This document shows, piece by piece, positions 25,068 through 38,998 of a DNA stretch of 64,000 nt; positions within the stretch are counted from its first letter, which is position 1; each line of letters opens with the position of its first letter. The stretch lies in NCBI RefSeq assembly GCF_055900595.2, contig NZ_CM148325.1. One strand, written 5' to 3'. Both the position numbers and the translations under genes were made by a program. A model generated the notes under the pieces. That model did not search any database, was not told where the DNA came from, and saw nothing but the letters and a program-made list of their open reading frames with translations.

Positions 25068-25089
25068 AAATGATATTGAAAATGATTAT
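25068..25089 (-). promoter_or_regulatory. Fur-box-like element in the sodA promoter
   Basis: Minus strand reads GATAATCATTTTCAATATCATT, resembling the GATAATGATAATCATTATC Fur consensus. Confidence 0.45.
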
Positions 25090-25281
25090 CAATGCCGTAC
25101 TTTTCGTAAGGGTATGGTTTTGCAGGAAAATGCCCGAGATGTGAAGCAAATCACCCACTTAATGCCGTGATTGCCAGTAAATCGACAACGGCGGCAACAG
25201 GCGAAAGGTTAATCGACAGCACGATTTTTACACTCATCTCGTCGGAGATGTGACGCGGCGAAAAATGATGAGGATAAGAAG

Positions 25282-26316
25282 ATGAGTAACGCGATTACGA
25301 TGGGGATATTTTGGCATTTGATCGGCGCGGCCAGTGCAGCCTGTTTTTACGCGCCGTTCAAAAAAGTAAAGAAATGGTCATGGGAAACCATGTGGTCAGT
25401 CGGTGGGATTGTTTCGTGGATTATTCTGCCGTGGGCCATCAGCGCCCTGTTACTACCGAATTTCTGGGCGTATTACAGCTCGTTTAGTCTCTCTACGCTG
25501 CTGCCTGTTTTTCTGTTCGGCGCTATGTGGGGGATCGGTAATATCAACTACGGCCTGACCATGCGTTATCTCGGCATGTCGATGGGAATTGGCATCGCCA
25601 TTGGCATTACGTTGATTGTCGGTACGCTGATGACGCCAATTATCAACGGCAATTTCGATGTTCTGATTAATACCGAAGGCGGACGCATGACGTTGCTCGG
25701 CGTTCTGGTGGCGCTGATTGGCGTAGGGATTGTAACTCGCGCCGGGCAGTTGAAAGAGCGCAAGATGGGCATAAAAGCCGAAGAGTTCAACCTGAAAAAA
25801 GGGCTGGTGCTGGCGGTGATGTGCGGCATTTTCTCTGCCGGGATGTCCTTTGCGATGAGCGCCGCAAAACCGATGCATGAAGCAGCTGCCGCACTGGGCG
25901 TCGATCCACTGTATGTCGCTCTGCCAAGCTATGTTGTCATCATGGGAGGCGGCGCGATCATCAACCTCGGTTTCTGCTTCATTCGTCTGGCAAAAGTGAA
26001 GGATTTGTCGCTAAAAGCCGACTTTTCACTGGCAAAACCGCTGATCATTCACAACGTGTTACTCTCGGCACTGGGCGGTTTGATGTGGTATCTGCAATTC
26101 TTTTTCTATGCCTGGGGCCACGCCCGCATTCCGGCGCAGTATGACTACATCAGCTGGATGCTGCATATGAGCTTCTATGTATTGTGCGGCGGTATCGTCG
26201 GGCTGGTGCTGAAAGAGTGGAACAATGCAGGTCGCCGTCCGGTAACGGTGTTGAGCCTCGGTTGTGTGGTGATTATTGTCGCCGCCAACATCGTCGGCAT
26301 GGGCATGGCGAATTAA
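25282..26316 (+). CDS. rhaT: L-rhamnose-proton symporter RhaT
   Basis: [51 protein letters not shown]... 344 aa, polytopic. Confidence 0.95.
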   Translation: MSNAITMGIFWHLIGAASAACFYAPFKKVKKWSWETMWSVGGIVSWIILPWAISALLLPNFWAYYSSFSLSTLLPVFLFGAMWGIGNINYGLTMRYLGMSMGIGIAIGITLIVGTLMTPIINGNFDVLINTEGGRMTLLGVLVALIGVGIVTRAGQLKERKMGIKAEEFNLKKGLVLAVMCGIFSAGMSFAMSAAKPMHEAAAALGVDPLYVALPSYVVIMGGGAIINLGFCFIRLAKVKDLSLKADFSLAKPLIIHNVLLSALGGLMWYLQFFFYAWGHARIPAQYDYISWMLHMSFYVLCGGIVGLVLKEWNNAGRRPVTVLSLGCVVIIVAANIVGMGMAN

Positions 26317-27251
26317 TCTTTCTGCGAATTGAGATGACGCCACTGGCTGGGCGTCATCCCGGTTTCCCGGGTAAACACCACCGAAAAATAGTTACTATCT
26401 TCAAAGCCACATTCGGTTGAAATATCACTGATTAACAGGCGGCTATGCTGGAGAAGATATTGCGCATGACACACTCTGACCTGCCGCAGATATTGATTGA
26501 TGGTCATTCCAGTCTGCTGGCGAAATTGCTGACGCAAAACGCGCTCACTGCACGATGCCTCATCACAAAATTCATCCAGCGCAAAGGGACTTTTCAGGCT
26601 GGCCGCCAGCCGGGTAATCAGCTTATCCAGCAACGTTTCGCTGGATGTTGGCGGCAACGAATCACTGGTGTAACGATGGCGATTCAGCAACATCACCAAC
26701 TGCCCGAACAGCAACTCTGCCATTTCGTTAGCAAACGGCACATGCTGACTACTTTCATGCTCAAGCTGACCGATAACCTGCCGCGCCTGTGCCATCCCCA
26801 TGCTACCTAAGCGCCAGTGTGGTTGCCCTGCGCTGGCGCTAAATCCCGGAATCGCCCCCTGCCAGTCAAGATTCAGCGTCAGCCGCTCCGGGCAATAAAT
26901 AATATTCTGCAAAACCAGATCGTTAACGGAAGCGTAGGAGTGTTTATCGTCAGCATGAATGTAAAAGAGATCGCCACGGGTAATGCGATAAGGGCGATCG
27001 TTGAGTACATGCAGACCATTACCGCGCCAGACAATTACCAGCTCACAAAAATCATGTGTATGTTCAGCAAAGACATCTTGCGGATAACGGTCAGCCACAG
27101 CGACTGCCTGCTGGTCGCTGGCAAAAAAATCATCTTTGAGAAGTTTTAACTGATGCGCCACCGTGGCTACCTCGGCCAGAGAACGAAGTTGATTATTCGC
27201 AATATGGCGTACAAATACGTTGAGAAGATTCGCGTTATTGCAGAAAGCCAT
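26313..27251 (-). CDS. rhaR: AraC-family activator RhaR (start codon uncertain; a shorter annotated form is possible)
   Basis: Frame contains [43 protein letters not shown]...; C-terminal AraC HTH; 312-aa form taken from the ATG at 27251, which overlaps rhaS by 17 nt. Confidence 0.88.
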   Translation of the reverse strand: MAFCNNANLLNVFVRHIANNQLRSLAEVATVAHQLKLLKDDFFASDQQAVAVADRYPQDVFAEHTHDFCELVIVWRGNGLHVLNDRPYRITRGDLFYIHADDKHSYASVNDLVLQNIIYCPERLTLNLDWQGAIPGFSASAGQPHWRLGSMGMAQARQVIGQLEHESSQHVPFANEMAELLFGQLVMLLNRHRYTSDSLPPTSSETLLDKLITRLAASLKSPFALDEFCDEASCSERVLRQQFRQQTGMTINQYLRQVRVCHAQYLLQHSRLLISDISTECGFEDSNYFSVVFTRETGMTPSQWRHLNSQKD

Positions 27252-28071
27252 CCCGTCCCTGGCGAATATCACGCGGTGACCAGTTAAACTCTCGGCGAAA
27301 AAGCGTCGAAAAGTGGTTACTGTCACTAAATCCGCAGCGATAGGCGATGTCTGTAACGCTGGCCTCGCTGTGGCGTAGCAGATGTCGGGCTTTCATCAGT
27401 CGCAGGCGGTTCAGGTAACGCTGAGGCGTCAGTCCCGTTTTCTGCTTAAGCTGCCGATGTAGCGTACGCAGCGAAAGAGAAAATTGATCCGCCACGGCAT
27501 CCCAATTTACCTCATCGGCAAAATGGTCCTCCAGCCAGGCCAGAAGCAAGTTGAGACGTGATGCGCTGTTTTCCAGGTTCTCCTGCAAACTGCTTTTACG
27601 CAGCAAGAGCAGTAATTGCATAAACAAGATCTCGCGACTGGCGGTCGAGGGTAAATCATTTTCCCCTTCCTGCTGTTCCATCTGTGCAACCAGCTGTCGC
27701 ACCTGCTGCAACACGCTGTGGTTAACGCGCCAGTGAGACGGATACTGCCCATCCTGCTCTTGTGGCAGCAACTGATTCAGCCCGGCGAGAAACTGAAATC
27801 GATCCGGCGAGCGATACAGCACATTGGTCAGACACAGATTATCGGTATGTTCATACAGATGCCGATCATGATCGCGTACGAAACAGACAGTCCCACCGGT
27901 GATGGTATAGGGCTGCCCATTAAACACATGAATACCCGTGCCATGTTCGACAATCACAATTTCATGAAAATCATGATGATGTTCAGGAAAATCCGCCTGC
28001 GGGAGCCGGGGTTCTATCGCCACGGACGCGTTACCAGACGGAAAAAAATCCACACTATGTAATACGGTCAT
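27235..28071 (-). CDS. rhaS: AraC-family activator RhaS
   Basis: [55 protein letters not shown]... 278 aa. Confidence 0.93.
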   Translation of the reverse strand: MTVLHSVDFFPSGNASVAIEPRLPQADFPEHHHDFHEIVIVEHGTGIHVFNGQPYTITGGTVCFVRDHDRHLYEHTDNLCLTNVLYRSPDRFQFLAGLNQLLPQEQDGQYPSHWRVNHSVLQQVRQLVAQMEQQEGENDLPSTASREILFMQLLLLLRKSSLQENLENSASRLNLLLAWLEDHFADEVNWDAVADQFSLSLRTLHRQLKQKTGLTPQRYLNRLRLMKARHLLRHSEASVTDIAYRCGFSDSNHFSTLFRREFNWSPRDIRQGRDGFLQ

Positions 28072-28199
28072 ACAGGCCTCCTGATGTCGTCAACACGGCG
28101 AAATAGTAATCACGAGGTCAGGTTCTTACCTTAAATTTTCGACGAAAAACCACGTAAAAAACGTCGATTTTTCAAGATACAGCGTGAATTTTCAGGAAA

Positions 28200-31084
<2,885 letters not shown>

Positions 31085-31087
31085 ACA

Positions 31088-31135
31088 CTGCCGGATGCGG
31101 CGCGAGCGCCTTATCCGGCCTACGGGTCGTGCATC
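31088..31135. repeat. REP element between rhaA and rhaD
   Basis: GCCGGATGCGGCGCGAGCGCCTTATCCGGCCTAC. Confidence 0.6.
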
Positions 31136-31166
31136 CGACAACACCGAATTTACAGGAACACAGAAC

Positions 31167-31991
31167 ATGCAAAACATTACCCAGTCCTGGTTTGTCCAGG
31201 GAATGATCAAAGCCACCACCGACGCCTGGCTGAAAGGCTGGGACGAGCGCAATGGTGGTAACCTGACGCTGCGCCTGGATGACGCCGATATCGCACCGTA
31301 TCACGACAACTTTCATGCACAACCGCGCTATATCCCGCTCAGCCAGCCCATGCCTTTACTGGCAAATACACCGTTTATTGTCACCGGCTCCGGCAAATTC
31401 TTTCGTAACGTCCAGCTTGATCCTGCGGCTAACTTAGGCGTCGTAAAAGTCGACAGCGACGGCGCGGGCTACCACATTCTCTGGGGGCTAACTCACGAAG
31501 CCGTTCCAACCTCTGAACTTCCGGCTCACTTCCTTTCCCACTGCGAGCGCATTAAAGCCACCAACGGTAAAGATCGGGTGATCATGCACTGCCACGCCAC
31601 CAACCTGATCGCCCTTACCTACGTACTGGAAAACGACACCGCGCTCTTCACTCGCCAGCTTTGGGAAGGCAGCACCGAGTGTCTGGTAGTGTTCCCGGAT
31701 GGCGTCGGCATTTTGCCGTGGATGGTGCCCGGCACGGACGAAATCGGCCAGGCGACCGCACAGGAAATGCAAAAACATTCGCTGGTGTTGTGGCCCTTCC
31801 ACGGCGTCTTCGGCAGCGGTCCGACACTGGATGAAACATTCGGTTTAATCGACACCGCAGAAAAATCAGCACAAGTATTAGTGAAGGTTTATTCGATGGG
31901 CGGCATGAAACAGACCATCAGTCGTGAAGAGCTGATAGCACTCGGCCAGCGTTTCGGCGTTACACCACTTGCCAGTGCGCTGGCGCTGTAA
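31167..31991 (+). CDS. rhaD: Rhamnulose-1-phosphate aldolase
   Basis: Internal ATG at 31167 gives [39 protein letters not shown]... (274 aa). Confidence 0.97.
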   Translation: MQNITQSWFVQGMIKATTDAWLKGWDERNGGNLTLRLDDADIAPYHDNFHAQPRYIPLSQPMPLLANTPFIVTGSGKFFRNVQLDPAANLGVVKVDSDGAGYHILWGLTHEAVPTSELPAHFLSHCERIKATNGKDRVIMHCHATNLIALTYVLENDTALFTRQLWEGSTECLVVFPDGVGILPWMVPGTDEIGQATAQEMQKHSLVLWPFHGVFGSGPTLDETFGLIDTAEKSAQVLVKVYSMGGMKQTISREELIALGQRFGVTPLASALAL

Positions 31992-32000
31992 GGAGCAAAT

Positions 32001-32315
32001 ATGATCCGCAAAGCCTTTGTCATGCAGGTTAACCCCGACGCCCACGAAGAGTATCAGCGTCGGCATAATCCAATCTGGCCGGAACTGGAAGCAGTGTTGA
32101 AATCTCACGGTGCGCATAACTACGCCATTTACCTCGACAAAGCGCGTAATCTGCTGTTTGCCACGGTAGAGATTGAATCTGAAGAACGGTGGAATGCGGT
32201 AGCCAGTACTGATGTTTGCCAACGTTGGTGGAAGTATATGACCGACGTTATGCCAGCTAACCCGGATAACAGCCCAGTCAGTAGCGAGCTGCAAGAAGTG
32301 TTTTACCTGCCTTAA
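32001..32315 (+). CDS. rhaM: L-rhamnose mutarotase
   Basis: [64 protein letters not shown]... 104 aa. Confidence 0.93.
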
Positions 32316-32355
32316 TGAGTTGCGGTGCCGGAAAATATCCAGCACCGCGCCTTCA

Positions 32356-33750
32356 TCAGAAGAAGTATTTAAAGCGAACGCGTGCGCCGTAACGGTCATC
32401 AGTATCATCACCGTGTTTTTTATCACCGTCGCTATCCAGAATGGAGTAATAAGTACCAAGGTAAATATTAAAGTTCTCCATATCCATCACATTAGCGAAC
32501 TGATAAGACGCATGAATGGTGTGAATGGTGTACGTCCCTTCATCATCAATCCAGCAGTCGTTATCACAAACTACACCGCTGAATTCATCAATCTTATTGT
32601 GCGCGTAGATATAACCCAGCTCGAAACGTTTCCACAGCGCGTTAATCCCGGCAGTGAAATCTTTTTCATTATTAGCATCTAAATAGGCGGTATTAAGATT
32701 AACCACGACGCCATTTTCCGGATCCGTTTTCAGGCCATTCCAGGTCATGCTCATACCATAGCCGGTACGATCGGACTGATCGACAAAATTACCCTTGCTA
32801 TCGGTATAACCATAAGCATTATTTACTACGTTCGCTTCCATCGCTGCGGAAACGGTGAATTCTTCCGTCGGCGACCAGGCAATTACCGGACGCAGATAAG
32901 CAACATTTTTCTGCTGCTCCATATCGCGTCCATGATAATTACCGTCATTATATAAAGATGTTCCGTCTTCAAGTAACGTGTTTAATTCAAAATACCAGTT
33001 ATCGAGTTGTTTGCTGACGAGGAAATTACCGCCAGCGTTAGAGCGCCCTCGGCCCTCTTTCATCATATAGATATAACCGCTGCCATCGTCATAAAGATCG
33101 TTCGCAGTATTACCGGAATGTTCAACAAAGGTATCCTGATTCAGCGGGAACATATCGTAGGCTTCAAAACGGCCTACTTTGACCTTCCAGTCGTTTTCTT
33201 TGCCAAAGAAGAATACCGCATCATCGATATTTACTGAACCGTGCATATCCCCCAGCGGTTGTGCGGAGAACCCGGCGAAATAACCATTATCCAGTTTTCG
33301 CATACCATCAAAACCTAACAGAATACGACCATTGAGATTCCACTGTTCATTAGTGGGATCGCTATTCACATCAGCGTTGGTCATTGCCAGCAGGCCATGA
33401 TTACTTTCCGCATCCATATTAAATTCTACGTCGCCGTAGATTTTTAAATCGCCATAACCTGAAAGCAAAAGATTAGGTGAGGTGGAATTTTTCTTTGCAG
33501 ATTCCGCCGTTGCCTGTCCATTAACCGGCGTATTGCCCTGGGCAGCTTTAATTTCGCGGATCTCAGCGGCTTGTTGTGTCTGCAGCTGTTTAACCTGGCT
33601 CTCTGCTTTTGCTGCCCGCATTTCTGCCGCTTCCAGGCGTTCTTCCAGCAATGCCATGCGTTGTTCCAGCGTTAAATGCTGTGTTTTTGCCATTCCGGTA
33701 CTACATGCCAATAATAAACCGATGGCTAAAGATAATGTCGATTTTTTCAT
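32356..33750 (-). CDS. Putative outer-membrane sugar-type porin (signal peptide, ~60-aa N-terminal coiled coil, beta-barrel with C-terminal aromatic residue); ScrY/OprB-like architecture
   Basis: MKKSTLSLAIGLLLACSTGMA signal peptide; heptad-like LTLEQRMALLEERLEAAEMRAAKAESQVKQLQ; Gly/Tyr/Asn-rich alternating barrel strands; ends ...RFKYFF. Family call is by architecture only. Confidence 0.62.
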   Translation of the reverse strand: MKKSTLSLAIGLLLACSTGMAKTQHLTLEQRMALLEERLEAAEMRAAKAESQVKQLQTQQAAEIREIKAAQGNTPVNGQATAESAKKNSTSPNLLLSGYGDLKIYGDVEFNMDAESNHGLLAMTNADVNSDPTNEQWNLNGRILLGFDGMRKLDNGYFAGFSAQPLGDMHGSVNIDDAVFFFGKENDWKVKVGRFEAYDMFPLNQDTFVEHSGNTANDLYDDGSGYIYMMKEGRGRSNAGGNFLVSKQLDNWYFELNTLLEDGTSLYNDGNYHGRDMEQQKNVAYLRPVIAWSPTEEFTVSAAMEANVVNNAYGYTDSKGNFVDQSDRTGYGMSMTWNGLKTDPENGVVVNLNTAYLDANNEKDFTAGINALWKRFELGYIYAHNKIDEFSGVVCDNDCWIDDEGTYTIHTIHASYQFANVMDMENFNIYLGTYYSILDSDGDKKHGDDTDDRYGARVRFKYFF

Positions 33751-34226
33751 TATTTACGTTCCCTGAAATAAAAGAGACCCTACGCTTTCCAAAAGGAATA
33801 CGTATATAGAGAAATATAAGGTGTGCACTTTCTAATTTTTAATCCAACTTCAGCAGGCCGATGGATAGTATCCCGCTGCATAATATGAGTAAATCCGCTG
33901 ATTTCCTGGAACGTGAGGAATATAACAATAGTGCCGTTTTTAACTAAATATCGTAAAAAATATTAGATATAATTCACGCTGACTCATAAGCCACAAATAT
34001 AAATAACCTTGCTGCAAAATATGTGCGGCAGTTAAACATTCACAACATCATTAAATAATGATTTTTTATTCACTGCATTTATTTTTCCCATCAATATGTG
34101 CCTTACACCGCAAAATTTATCCTTCACTCTGCCTTATATTGTCACGACTTCACGACATATCCGCGCTCATCACAAAACCGCCCCGCCGTTACAATTAACT
34201 ATAATATTTTTTCATGGAGTCCAATA

Positions 34227-34673
34227 ATGGCAGCACTTACTGCAAGCTGTATTGACCTGAATATTCAGGGCAATGGCACTTATTCCGTTCTGAAGCAGTT
34301 GGCGACAATGGCGTTACAAAACGGTTTTATCACCGACTCACATCAATTCCTGCAAACCCTGCTGGTGCGCGAAAAAATGCACTCCACCGGTTTTGGTTCT
34401 GGTGTCGCCGTGCCGCACGGTAAAAGCGCCTGTGTTAAACAACCGTTCGTATTATTCGCTCGCAAAGCGCAGGCCATTGACTGGAAAGCCAGCGATGGCG
34501 AAGACGTCAATTGCTGGATCTGCCTCGGCGTGCCGCAAAGTGGCGAAGAGGATCAGGTCAAAATCATCGGCACACTGTGTCGCAAAATTATCCACCAGGA
34601 TTTTATCAACCAACTGCGACAAGGCGACGCCGTCCAGGTGCTTGCTTTGTTAAATCAAACCCTCAGCTCATAA
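34227..34673 (+). CDS. frvA: PTS fructose-like EIIA component FrvA
   Basis: Internal ATG at 34227 gives MAALTASCIDLNIQGNGTYSVLKQLATMALQNGFITDSHQF... (148 aa), with the GVAVPHG phosphorylation-site motif. Confidence 0.9.
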   Translation: MAALTASCIDLNIQGNGTYSVLKQLATMALQNGFITDSHQFLQTLLVREKMHSTGFGSGVAVPHGKSACVKQPFVLFARKAQAIDWKASDGEDVNCWICLGVPQSGEEDQVKIIGTLCRKIIHQDFINQLRQGDAVQVLALLNQTLSS

Positions 34674-34683
34674 GGAAGTGGCG

Positions 34684-36135
34684 ATGGAGTCATCCTTACG
34701 TATTGTCGCGATCACCAACTGCCCCGCCGGGATCGCTCACACCTACATGGTGGCGGAAGCCCTGGAACAGAAAGCCCGTTCTCTCGGTCATACCATTAAA
34801 GTTGAAACTCAAGGATCAAGCGGCGTCGAAAACCGCTTATCCAGCGAAGAGATTGCCGCTGCCGATTACGTGATTCTCGCTACCGGGCGTGGCCTGAGCG
34901 GTGATGATCGCGCGCGATTTGCCGGGAAAAAGGTTTATGAGATTGCCATCTCCCAGGCGCTGAAAAATATCGACCAGATTTTCAGTGAATTACCGACAAA
35001 CTCACAACTTTTTGCCGCAGATAGCGGCGTGAAGCTCGGCAAACAGGAAGTGCAAAGTGGCAGCGTAATGAGCCATCTGATGGCGGGCGTCTCTGCGGCG
35101 CTGCCGTTTGTCATCGGTGGCGGTATCCTGGTGGCGCTTGCCAACATGCTGGTGCAGTTCGGTTTGCCGTATACCGATATGTCGAAAGGTGCGCCGTCGT
35201 TTACCTGGGTGGTTGAATCCATCGGTTATCTCGGTTTCACCTTTATGATCCCCATCATGGGCGCTTATATTGCCTCGTCGATTGCCGATAAACCCGCTTT
35301 CGCTCCGGCGTTTCTGGTTTGTTATCTGGCGAACGACAAAGCCCTGCTCGGCACCCAGTCTGGCGCGGGCTTCCTCGGTGCGGTGGTGCTTGGGCTGGCG
35401 ATTGGCTATTTCGTCTTCTGGTTCCGTAAAGTGCGCCTTGGCAAAGCATTACAACCGCTGCTCGGTTCCATGCTGATCCCGTTCGTTACTCTGCTGGTTT
35501 TTGGCGTACTGACTTACTACGTTATCGGACCGGTGATGTCCGACCTCATGGGCGGGTTGCTGCACTTCCTGAACACCATTCCTCCGTCAATGAAGTTTGC
35601 GGCGGCGTTTCTGGTTGGTGCGATGCTGGCATTCGATATGGGCGGCCCCATCAACAAAACCGCCTGGTTCTTCTGCTTCTCTCTGCTGGAAAAACACATT
35701 TACGACTGGTACGCCATCGTCGGCGTTGTCGCGCTAATGCCGCCTGTCGCGGCGGGTCTTGCGACGTTCATTGCGCCCAAACTGTTTACTCAACAGGAAA
35801 AAGAAGCCGCCAGTAGCGCCATAGTGGTCGGTGCCACAGTCGCAACCGAACCGGCTATTCCTTACGCTCTGGCAGCCCCGTTGCCGATGATTACCGCCAA
35901 TACGCTGGCGGGCGGTATTACCGGCGTGCTGGTGATCGCTTTCGGAATCAAACGGCTGGCACCGGGTTTGGGTATCTTTGACCCGCTGATCGGCCTGATG
36001 TCGCCGGTAGGTTCATTTTATCTGGTGCTGGCGATTGGCCTCGCGCTGAACATTTCATTCATTATCGTCCTGAAAGGATTATGGTTACGCCGCAAAGCCA
36101 AAGCTGCGCAACAGGAGCTTGTCCATGAACATTGA
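34684..36135 (+). CDS. frvB: PTS fructose-like EIIBC component FrvB
   Basis: MESSLRIVAITNCPAGIAHTYMVAEALEQKARSLGH... (EIIB Cys motif), followed by a polytopic EIIC domain. Confidence 0.92.
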   Translation: MESSLRIVAITNCPAGIAHTYMVAEALEQKARSLGHTIKVETQGSSGVENRLSSEEIAAADYVILATGRGLSGDDRARFAGKKVYEIAISQALKNIDQIFSELPTNSQLFAADSGVKLGKQEVQSGSVMSHLMAGVSAALPFVIGGGILVALANMLVQFGLPYTDMSKGAPSFTWVVESIGYLGFTFMIPIMGAYIASSIADKPAFAPAFLVCYLANDKALLGTQSGAGFLGAVVLGLAIGYFVFWFRKVRLGKALQPLLGSMLIPFVTLLVFGVLTYYVIGPVMSDLMGGLLHFLNTIPPSMKFAAAFLVGAMLAFDMGGPINKTAWFFCFSLLEKHIYDWYAIVGVVALMPPVAAGLATFIAPKLFTQQEKEAASSAIVVGATVATEPAIPYALAAPLPMITANTLAGGITGVLVIAFGIKRLAPGLGIFDPLIGLMSPVGSFYLVLAIGLALNISFIIVLKGLWLRRKAKAAQQELVHEH

Positions 36136-37195
36136 GTTACTGCAACAGTTGTGCGAAGCCAGCGCCGTCAGCGGCGATGAACAGGAAGTTCGCGACATTC
36201 TGATAAACACGCTGGAACCCTGCGTGAATGAGATCACCTTCGATGGTCTGGGCAGCTTTGTTGCCCGTAAGGGGAATAAAGGGCCGAAAGTTGCCGTTGT
36301 CGGGCATATGGATGAAGTCGGCTTTATGGTCACCCACATCGACGAGAGCGGTTTTCTGCGTTTTACCACCATTGGCGGCTGGTGGAATCAGTCGATGCTC
36401 AACCACCGGGTAACCATACGCACACACAAGGGAGTGAAAATCCCTGGTGTAATTGGCTCCGTCGCCCCACATGCGTTAACCGAAAAGCAAAAGCAACAAC
36501 CGCTGTCATTTGATGAGATGTTCATTGATATTGGCGAAAACAGTCGCGAAGAAGCGGAAAAACGCGGCGTGGAAATTGGCAATTTTATTAGCCCGGAAGC
36601 CAATTTTGCCTGCTGGGGCGAAGATAAAATGGTCGGCAAGGCGTTGGATAACCGCATCGGCTGCGCAATGATGGCTGAGCTATTGCAGACGGTGAATAAC
36701 CCCGAAATTACGCTGTATGGCGTTGGCAGTGTGGAAGAAGAAGTTGGGCTACGCGGGGCGCAAACCTCGGCTGAACACATTAAACCGGATGTGGTGATCG
36801 TGCTGGATACCGCTGTCGCGGGCGATGTTCCAGGCATTGATAACATTAAATATCCGCTGAAACTGGGCAACGGGCCGGGGCTGATGCTGTTTGACAAGCG
36901 GTACTTCCCCAACCAGAAACTGGTAGCAGCGTTAAAAAGCTGTGCCACGCAGAATGATTTACCGCTGCAATTTTCCACCATGAAAACCGGAGCGACGGAT
37001 GGCGGGCGCTACAACGTGATGGGCGGCGGGCGTCCGGTTGTCGCGCTGTGCCTGCCAACGCGTTATCTGCACGCTAACAGCGGCATGATTTCAAAAGCCG
37101 ATTACGATGCTCTGCTCACGTTGATACGGGATTTTCTGACCACCTTAACCGCGGAGAAAGTCAACGCGTTTAGCCAGTTCCGTCAGGTGGATTAA
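36125..37195 (+). CDS. frvX: M42-family peptidase/cellulase-like protein FrvX
   Basis: MNIELLQQLCEASAVSGDEQEVRDILINTLEPCVNEITFDGLGSFVARKG... 356 aa. Confidence 0.92.
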   Translation: MNIELLQQLCEASAVSGDEQEVRDILINTLEPCVNEITFDGLGSFVARKGNKGPKVAVVGHMDEVGFMVTHIDESGFLRFTTIGGWWNQSMLNHRVTIRTHKGVKIPGVIGSVAPHALTEKQKQQPLSFDEMFIDIGENSREEAEKRGVEIGNFISPEANFACWGEDKMVGKALDNRIGCAMMAELLQTVNNPEITLYGVGSVEEEVGLRGAQTSAEHIKPDVVIVLDTAVAGDVPGIDNIKYPLKLGNGPGLMLFDKRYFPNQKLVAALKSCATQNDLPLQFSTMKTGATDGGRYNVMGGGRPVVALCLPTRYLHANSGMISKADYDALLTLIRDFLTTLTAEKVNAFSQFRQVD

Positions 37196-38943
37196 TGCTA
37201 AACGAACGCCAGTTAAAGATTGTCGATCTGCTGGAGCAACAGCCACGCACGCCTGGCGAGCTGGCGCAACAGACTGGCGTTTCCGGCAGGACCATCCTGC
37301 GTGATATTGACTATCTCAACTTTACCCTTAACGGCAAAGCCCGCATTTCCGCCAGTGGCAACGCGGGCTATCAGCTGGAAATCTTCGAGCGTCGCAGCTT
37401 TTTTCAGTTGCTGCAAAAGCACGATAACGACGATCGGCTGCTGGCGCTGTTATTACTGAATACCTTCACTCCCCGTGCGCAACTCGCCTCGACGCTTAAT
37501 TTGCCAGAAACCTGGGTAGCAGAGCGCCTGCCCCGCCTGAAACAGCGCTATGAACGCAGTTTTTGTCTCGCCAGTCGCCCCGGCTTAGGTCATTACATAG
37601 ATGAGACGCAAGAGAAACGCATTATTTTGCTGGCAAATCTGTTACGCAAAGATCCGTTTTTAATTCCGCTGGCGGGCGTAACACGAGACAATTTTCAACA
37701 ATTAACCACCGCCTGCGAAAAGCAACGTCGCTGGCCGCTGATGCAAGGCGACTATCTCTCAAGCCTGATTCTGGCTATTTACGCGTTGCGTAATCAGCTT
37801 ACTGACACATGGCCTGAATATCCCGGTAGCGAGATAAAACAGATTGTTGAATATAGCGGCCTGTTTCTTGGTGATAACGCTGTAAGAACGTTGACGGGGT
37901 TGATAGAAAAACAGCATCAACAGGCGCAGGTTATTTGTGTCGATAATGTGCTGGCATTGCTGCAAAGGGTGCCGGGCATTGCGTCATTGAATATTATTGA
38001 TACGCAGCTGGTTGAGAATATTACCGGGCATTTATTACGTTGCCTTGCCGCGCCGGTGTGGATTGGAGAGCACCGCCAAAGCAGCATGAATAACCTGAAA
38101 GCCGCCTGGCCTGCGGCCTTTGATATGAGTCTGCACTTTATTACGCTACTGCGTGAACAACTCGATATTCCCCTTTTCGACAGCGATCTGATTGGTTTGT
38201 ATTTTGCCTGTGCGCTGGAACGGCATCAAAACGAACGCCAGCCGATCATTTTGCTCTCTGATCAAAACGCGATTGCCACTATTAATCAGCTCGCCATTGA
38301 GCGCGACGTCCTGAATTGTCGGGTGATTATTGCCCGCTGCTTAAGCGAACTGGTTGCCATTCACGAAGAGATTGAGCCGTTATTGATCATTAATAACAGC
38401 CATTATTTACTGGATGACGCGGTCAATAATTGCATCACTGTAAAAAATATCATTACGGCTGCCGGTATCGAACAAATAAAACATTTTCTGGCGACGGCAT
38501 TTATTCGCCAGCAACCGGAGCGTTTTTTTTCTGCCCCCGGAAGTTTTCATTATTCGAATGTACGTGGTGAAAGCTGGCAACATATTACCCGGCAAATATG
38601 TGCGCAATTAGTGACGCAACACCACATTACCGCCGATGAAGCACAACGGATCATCGCCCGCGAAAGCGAAGGCGAAAACCTGATTGTTAATCGTCTCGCC
38701 ATCCCACATTGCTGGAGCGAACAGGAACGACGTTTTCGTGGATTTTTTATTACCCTCGCCCAACCGGTTGAGGTGAATAACGAAGTAGTTAACCATGTGC
38801 TGATCGCCTGTGCCGCCGCCGATGCGCGTCATGAGCTAAAAATATTTAGCTATCTTGCCAGCGTATTGTGCCAGCATCCGGCAGAGGTTATTGCCGGGTT
38901 AACAGGATATGAGGCATTTATGGCGTTACTTCACAAGGGGTGA
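37195..38943 (+). CDS. frvR: Transcriptional regulator FrvR (N-terminal HTH, PRD/PTS regulatory-like domains)
   Basis: MLNERQLKIVDLLEQQPRTPGELAQQTGVSGRTILRDIDYLNF... 582 aa; start overlaps the frvX stop. Confidence 0.9.
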   Translation: MLNERQLKIVDLLEQQPRTPGELAQQTGVSGRTILRDIDYLNFTLNGKARISASGNAGYQLEIFERRSFFQLLQKHDNDDRLLALLLLNTFTPRAQLASTLNLPETWVAERLPRLKQRYERSFCLASRPGLGHYIDETQEKRIILLANLLRKDPFLIPLAGVTRDNFQQLTTACEKQRRWPLMQGDYLSSLILAIYALRNQLTDTWPEYPGSEIKQIVEYSGLFLGDNAVRTLTGLIEKQHQQAQVICVDNVLALLQRVPGIASLNIIDTQLVENITGHLLRCLAAPVWIGEHRQSSMNNLKAAWPAAFDMSLHFITLLREQLDIPLFDSDLIGLYFACALERHQNERQPIILLSDQNAIATINQLAIERDVLNCRVIIARCLSELVAIHEEIEPLLIINNSHYLLDDAVNNCITVKNIITAAGIEQIKHFLATAFIRQQPERFFSAPGSFHYSNVRGESWQHITRQICAQLVTQHHITADEAQRIIARESEGENLIVNRLAIPHCWSEQERRFRGFFITLAQPVEVNNEVVNHVLIACAAADARHELKIFSYLASVLCQHPAEVIAGLTGYEAFMALLHKG

Positions 38944-38975
38944 ACTGTGTCGGATGCGCCGCATCCGACACTGCA
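38944..38975. repeat. REP-like palindrome / terminator hairpin between frvR and yiiG
   Basis: GTGTCGGATGCGCCGCATCCGACAC inverted repeat. Confidence 0.45.
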
Positions 38976-38998
38976 TTTATCACCAAAATCAAAAACAT

